Below, piece by piece: positions 48,419 to 52,925 of a stretch of DNA of 52,925 nucleotides. A program made the position numbers and the translations under genes. Positions within the stretch are counted from its first letter, which is position 1, and each line of letters begins with the position of its first letter. Source of the stretch: an uncultured Candidatus Poseidoniales archaeon (GTDB taxonomy: Archaea > Thermoplasmatota > Poseidoniia > Poseidoniales > Poseidoniaceae); NCBI GenBank assembly GCA_963968885.1, contig CAXAGT010000005.1, forward strand, positions 1 to 52,925, in the 5' to 3' direction. A model generated the notes under the pieces. The model was not told the DNA's origin. It was given only the letters and a program-made list of their open reading frames with translations, and did no database searches.

Positions 48419-48739
48419 ATGGATTGGACAGACGTAGAATTACAGAAAATAGTTGACGACCACAGCATAGTGCTTTTCATGAAGGGCATACCAGGCGAGC
48501 CTCAATGTGGCTTCTCAAACAGAGCGGTCCAAGTCTTGCAACAACTTGGAGAAGAATTTGCAGCCGTAAATGTCCTTTCAGACAGAAGAGCAATTCCTTC
48601 CATTTGCACATGGTCCGATTTTCCAACAATGCCTCAAGTATACATCCACGGTGAACTGATAGGTGGCTCAGATATCGCTCTTGAAATGTTACAAGACGGT
48701 TCCCTGAGAGAGATGTTCGACGCAGGAAGACAATCCTGA
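48419..48739 (+). CDS. grxD: Monothiol glutaredoxin (Grx4, CGFS type)
   Basis: LFMKG.P..PQCGFS, SDFPTMPQVYI.GELIGGSDI; GGAGTGA SD before ATG 48419. Confidence 0.95.
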   Translation: MDWTDVELQKIVDDHSIVLFMKGIPGEPQCGFSNRAVQVLQQLGEEFAAVNVLSDRRAIPSICTWSDFPTMPQVYIHGELIGGSDIALEMLQDGSLREMFDAGRQS

Positions 48740-48788
48740 CAGGACCTTTTGGCGATGGCTTCATACATTGCTTTAGGTTGGACTGTTC

Positions 48789-50021
48789 ATGATGAGTGAT
48801 TCTAGAAGAAGACTGGTCGTCGAAGGCGGAGAGAAAATTGTTGATTTTGATAACAAAGCGTTCAAACCTATACCTGAGGAAGGTATCGAAATGGCAGCAG
48901 ATGCAATGCGCAGAGGAGTAATGTATCGTTACCAACCAAAAACAAAAGAAGATTCAATCACAGCAAATTTCGAAAAGAAATTTGCTGAATTCATGGGCGT
49001 TAAACACGCAGTTGGAGGAAATTCTTGCGGCTCTACCATGTTCATAGCAATGAACATTGCAGGGGTTAAAGCCGGCGATAAGATTCTTTCAAACGCATTC
49101 ACCTTCCACGCAGTTCCTTCGGTAATTGAACACATGAGGGCAGAACCTGTATTGGTTGAATCAAACAGAGAATGGGGCATGTGTCCTGATGATCTTGACA
49201 AGAAAGCAGCAGAGACTGGTGCAAAGGTATTGCTAATGTCTTACATGAGAGGGCACGTTCCAGATATGGATAGAATAATGGAAGTAGTAAAGAAGCATGA
49301 TTTGTTTTTCATTGAGGATTGTGCACACGCTTATTGTACTTCATGGGGCGGTAAATTATTGGGAACTTTCGGGCATATCGCTTGTTTTTCCACTCAGTCA
49401 AGCAAAGGTATGTCAGCCGGAGAGGGTGGAATTTTCATTACCGATAACGATGAATACGCAGCAAAAGCAGTTCTATATGCCGGATCCTACGAATTACTCT
49501 GGAAGAAACACTACAACTTAGACCCGGAATTGATGGATGAGTTGCAGAACCAAATCCCAGGATATTCAATGAGAATGCATGAGGTTACAGCGGCAATGCT
49601 GACTCCTCAAATCGATAGATTATCTGTTATCCACAAGATACACACAGAGAACTACATGCGCTTGGAATCCATTATCGGCGATCATCCAAACATCGAAGTC
49701 CCCGCAAAAATGGAAAAAGCGGACAGATTTTACGATACAATGCAATTCCACGTTACAGGACTATCCAGGGAAAAAGCAGACAGATTCATTGATTTGATGA
49801 AGATGGAAGGAATTCCAATGCAAATCTTTGGAGCAAAGAGGAACGCTCGTGACTACAGGCAGTGGACATATGTTGCTGCTCACAAAGAAGTAATGCCTGA
49901 AACAATTGCAAACATAGAATTTGCTTGTGACTTGAGCATGCAACCGCATTTGACTTTGGATAATATCGATGTTATGGGTAAAGTGATTAGAGAGGTCATG
50001 GATTTCGTAGCCGCGGAATGA
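48789..50021 (+). CDS. DegT/DnrJ/EryC1/StrS family PLP aminotransferase
   Basis: FEKKFAEF.G, FIEDCAHA, FSTQSSK (PLP Lys), GEGG. Confidence 0.9.
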   Translation: MMSDSRRRLVVEGGEKIVDFDNKAFKPIPEEGIEMAADAMRRGVMYRYQPKTKEDSITANFEKKFAEFMGVKHAVGGNSCGSTMFIAMNIAGVKAGDKILSNAFTFHAVPSVIEHMRAEPVLVESNREWGMCPDDLDKKAAETGAKVLLMSYMRGHVPDMDRIMEVVKKHDLFFIEDCAHAYCTSWGGKLLGTFGHIACFSTQSSKGMSAGEGGIFITDNDEYAAKAVLYAGSYELLWKKHYNLDPELMDELQNQIPGYSMRMHEVTAAMLTPQIDRLSVIHKIHTENYMRLESIIGDHPNIEVPAKMEKADRFYDTMQFHVTGLSREKADRFIDLMKMEGIPMQIFGAKRNARDYRQWTYVAAHKEVMPETIANIEFACDLSMQPHLTLDNIDVMGKVIREVMDFVAAE

Positions 50022-50530
50022 GATATACATCTCTCCAAATCCAACATATACTGAGAGAATCTAGTGCATCTATGGCGCAGCACTCAGGATGGTTCCAAAG
50101 GCTAGCGCCTCCTGGTGGAATTATTCGATATGGATTAGTTGGTTGTTTCAACACTCTATTTTTTGCACTATTGATTGCAGTATCGTCATTCATATTTGCG
50201 GTCGAGAGACAGGATTCTAGCCTTTGGACTTTGATTTGGGGGATTTCTTGGTTTATTTCAGGAGTTTTAGCACATTGGATTCATCGTAAATTTACGTTTA
50301 AGCCATCAACCAAACTTACCTATTCAGTTTCAACCGGAGCTCCCGTTTACGTGATTGCTTTGTTTGGCTCATCAGCCACATTCGGGTTGTTAGTTGAGTT
50401 CACTAATCTCTGGGTACCATTATTGGGGATTGTAAATGTCGGTTTGTGGGGACTATTTCAGTGGGCATTAAATCGAACTCTAATATTTAGACATGATAGA
50501 GCAATCAGATGGGAGAGGGAACAGGAATGA
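50018..50530 (+). CDS. GtrA-like membrane protein
   Basis: IRYGLVG.FNT, HRKFTF, LNR.LIF, 4 TM. Start may be 50072. Confidence 0.82.
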   Translation: MRYTSLQIQHILRESSASMAQHSGWFQRLAPPGGIIRYGLVGCFNTLFFALLIAVSSFIFAVERQDSSLWTLIWGISWFISGVLAHWIHRKFTFKPSTKLTYSVSTGAPVYVIALFGSSATFGLLVEFTNLWVPLLGIVNVGLWGLFQWALNRTLIFRHDRAIRWEREQE

Positions 50531-51021
50531 CGACTTTAACGGACCTAAGTTGGGTTGACGACCTGATTAGAAGTGAGTTAGATGTTCGGCCAATTTATTC
50601 AAAAAGAAGAAGTCTGAAAGCCTTTGAAAAAGCTGCACTGATAAGGAGTGATGAAGGAAAACCACTCGCTTACGCAGAAGTAGTGAACCATTTGAAGGGA
50701 GTTGAAATTACAACAGTTCTTGTCGATAGAGGGCAAAGGGGTCAAGGCTACGGAAAAGCATTGATGAAAGAAGTAATATCAAAAATTGATAATGACTTAA
50801 TTTTTCTTCATACTAAGTCGCCAGTCTTAGTTTCGATAATCCAAAAAATCGGGTTCAAGAAGAAATCAATACCGAGTTTTATTTCTGGAATCTCAATTCT
50901 CTTACGCCTACCAAGAAGATCGCTAACTATGATATTTAGAGGAGATTTCAAGCGACTATGGCTACAAACGAAAACACTGAGCAAATACGATTGTTATGTG
51001 TTAGAAGTAAAGCGCGATTAA
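50527..51021 (+). CDS. GNAT family N-acetyltransferase
   Basis: Acetyl-CoA motif VLVDRGQRGQGYGKALM and KIGF; ATGA overlap with the GtrA-like gene. Confidence 0.85.
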   Translation: MTTLTDLSWVDDLIRSELDVRPIYSKRRSLKAFEKAALIRSDEGKPLAYAEVVNHLKGVEITTVLVDRGQRGQGYGKALMKEVISKIDNDLIFLHTKSPVLVSIIQKIGFKKKSIPSFISGISILLRLPRRSLTMIFRGDFKRLWLQTKTLSKYDCYVLEVKRD

Positions 51022-52547
51022 CTCGAACAGGATAGCATTGAACATCCAACTCTGTTCCTTGCCCAGTCAGGTCGCTTCTTGAACCATTTTTCTTCGAATT
51101 CTGGCTGTTCATCATATGGATTTTTCAGCAATTCAAACAATTCTTCACACACAGAATAATCCTCTTTCTGCGCTGCATCAATAGCAAGTTGTGCCATCCA
51201 GTTTCTTAGTACGTACTTAGGATTGGCTTTCTTCATGTTTTCTCGGTCTGGACTGCCATCAACTCTTTTCCACCATGAATTTAACCACGCATTCCAATCC
51301 TCTATCGGTGCATTTTCAACATCGTAGAATGATTTCTCCAAAGACGATACATTTGGCTCTTCTATTTCTGAGAGTAGCCTAAAGAAGATAGTCATATCAG
51401 TTTCTACTTTCGTAAGATTTGAGATTAGGTCCTTAACCAGATCCTCATCATCCTTTCTAAATTCATCTAAACCTAGTTTTTCTGACCACATTTTGTTATT
51501 GTAGAATTCAAATTTCTCATAATAATTTTCCAATGCTTGGTACAATTTTTCAGGGTCTTCTAGTAATGGACCAATCGCTTCTAACAATCTAGCATAATTC
51601 CATGCCCCTATTTGCGGTTGATTTCCGTATCTGTATCTCTTTCTTCCGGCATCTGTTGTGTTCGGAGTCCAGTCAGGGTCAAAGTCTTCTAGCCATCCAT
51701 ACGGACCATAATCAATAGTCAATCCATGAATAGACATGTTATCCGTATTCATTACACCATGAACAAATCCAACTCTCATCCAATGGGCGACCATCAAAGC
51801 AGTCTCTTCGCCAATTTGATTCAACCAGTTGATGATTGCTTCATCATTATCCAAATCATGTTCAGGGAAATGATGCTTTACAGTATATTCAACCAGTGTT
51901 TGCAAGGTCTCATGATCTCCCATCATAGTATGAATTTGGAAACTTCCAAATCTAATGAAACTCGGAGCAGTCCTGCAAACGATTGCACCAGGCTCTGGAG
52001 CAGGTCTTCCGTCATACATGATGTCTCGAATTACATCTTCTCCGGTGGTGACTAAAGAAAGAGCTCTAGTCGTTGGAACACCGAGATGAAACATTGCTTC
52101 GCTACACAGGAACTCTCGAATCGATGAGCGCAGAACCGCCTTTCCATCAGAAAATCGAGAATAAGGTGTACTTCCAGATCCTTTCAGTTGTAATTCTATG
52201 ACTTCGTTTCCAGTATCGACTTCACCAAGTGTAATCGCTCTGCCATCACCTAATTGACGAGCCCAGTTGCCGAATTGATGACCTCCATATCGCTGAGCAT
52301 AGGGGTCCATGCCATCGACAAGTTCAGATCCTCCAAGGATGCCGTCTCCTTGTTTTGTGATACCAATTTTGTCACCAATTTCCTCTGACCAGAGCCTAAG
52401 AGTTGGATTTGGCGCTGGAGTTGGTTTTACTCTAGACCAACATACTCCAGGAACTTGTCTTGAGGGTCCACCTTCTTGTTCATCCCCAGGGGTCTGGTCA
52501 AGGAAGCGGGTGAGCCATGTCAAATCACTAAACGATTTGTTGCCCAT
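51018..52547 (-). CDS. selO: Protein adenylyltransferase SelO (YdiU family)
   Basis: YGGHQFG....QLGDGRA, QLKGSG.TPYSR..DG.AVLRSSIREFL.SEA, GFVHGVMNTDN, IDYGPYG, NPKYVLRNW, C-terminal CSMLSCSS. Confidence 0.96.
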   Translation of the reverse strand: MGNKSFSDLTWLTRFLDQTPGDEQEGGPSRQVPGVCWSRVKPTPAPNPTLRLWSEEIGDKIGITKQGDGILGGSELVDGMDPYAQRYGGHQFGNWARQLGDGRAITLGEVDTGNEVIELQLKGSGSTPYSRFSDGKAVLRSSIREFLCSEAMFHLGVPTTRALSLVTTGEDVIRDIMYDGRPAPEPGAIVCRTAPSFIRFGSFQIHTMMGDHETLQTLVEYTVKHHFPEHDLDNDEAIINWLNQIGEETALMVAHWMRVGFVHGVMNTDNMSIHGLTIDYGPYGWLEDFDPDWTPNTTDAGRKRYRYGNQPQIGAWNYARLLEAIGPLLEDPEKLYQALENYYEKFEFYNNKMWSEKLGLDEFRKDDEDLVKDLISNLTKVETDMTIFFRLLSEIEEPNVSSLEKSFYDVENAPIEDWNAWLNSWWKRVDGSPDRENMKKANPKYVLRNWMAQLAIDAAQKEDYSVCEELFELLKNPYDEQPEFEEKWFKKRPDWARNRVGCSMLSCSS

Positions 52548-52623
52548 ATGTGCCACAAGGACTAGCGCTTCTTCAACTTGATTGTATCTCCAAGGATAGC
52601 AACATACCCTAATTCCCGTTTAC

Positions 52624-52887
52624 TCAAAGGGAATCGGTTTTTGAATCAAGTTTGATATGGCACCAACCATGATCAAACCCTTTCTTTACAATCCAGACTC
52701 CACCTGCTGCTTCACATTCTTCCTTAGTGAAAATTCCACCTAAGTCGTCTACATCATCTACGCCAGATTCTTCAAAAATCCCATCTCTGCTAGTTTCCTC
52801 AGCAGATACTGCGCCAATCATCGTGCTTGCTAACAAGACAACCACAATTGTAGCTATCTTGCTTTTTTTTACTATATGCTTAAGCAT
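52624..52887 (-). CDS. Small secreted protein with a Cys pair
   Basis: Basic plus hydrophobic signal ending VSA, acidic linker, ECEAAGGVW...WC. Confidence 0.6.
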   Translation of the reverse strand: MLKHIVKKSKIATIVVVLLASTMIGAVSAEETSRDGIFEESGVDDVDDLGGIFTKEECEAAGGVWIVKKGFDHGWCHIKLDSKTDSL

Positions 52888-52925
52888 GAATTAATATTGA
52901 ACCGGGTCCTTATTATTTCTATCGT

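Noticed and set aside
51018-51045. Selenocysteine at the SelO C-terminus
   Set aside because: It reads CSS then TAA; Cys occupies the Sec position.

Overview
Gene-dense, AT-rich archaeal chromosome segment with about 43 CDS and no rRNA, tRNA, CRISPR or mobile element that I can see. Archaeal informational genes (PolD large subunit DP2, primase PriL, rps13-rps4-rps11-rpoD, pantoate kinase, MptE, DUF373) are mixed with bacterial-type metabolic and redox genes (ATP-PEPCK, bacterial-core LeuRS, Rpe, TrxA, BolA-Grx4, SelO, GPx) and large Asp-rich TSP3-repeat surface proteins. This mix fits Marine Group II (Poseidoniales, Thermoplasmatota); the taxon is an inference. Most of the window is core genome. 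Best leads: (1) a membrane-anchored double-wHTH regulator with four Cys-paired extracellular repeats, sharing a perfectly symmetric palindromic 54-bp divergent promoter with an MBL hydrolase and lying among two TSP3/beta-propeller surface proteins and a sensor-less wHTH-STAND ATPase; (2) a non-canonical TT[CG]A[AT] TATA-like element at about -29 before 13 probably leaderless genes; (3) a chimeric LeuRS with bacterial core and archaeal C-terminus; (4) a CDIN1/C15orf41-like nuclease; (5) a DP2 with large non-intein insertions. All family calls come from motif recognition by eye; no searches were run.
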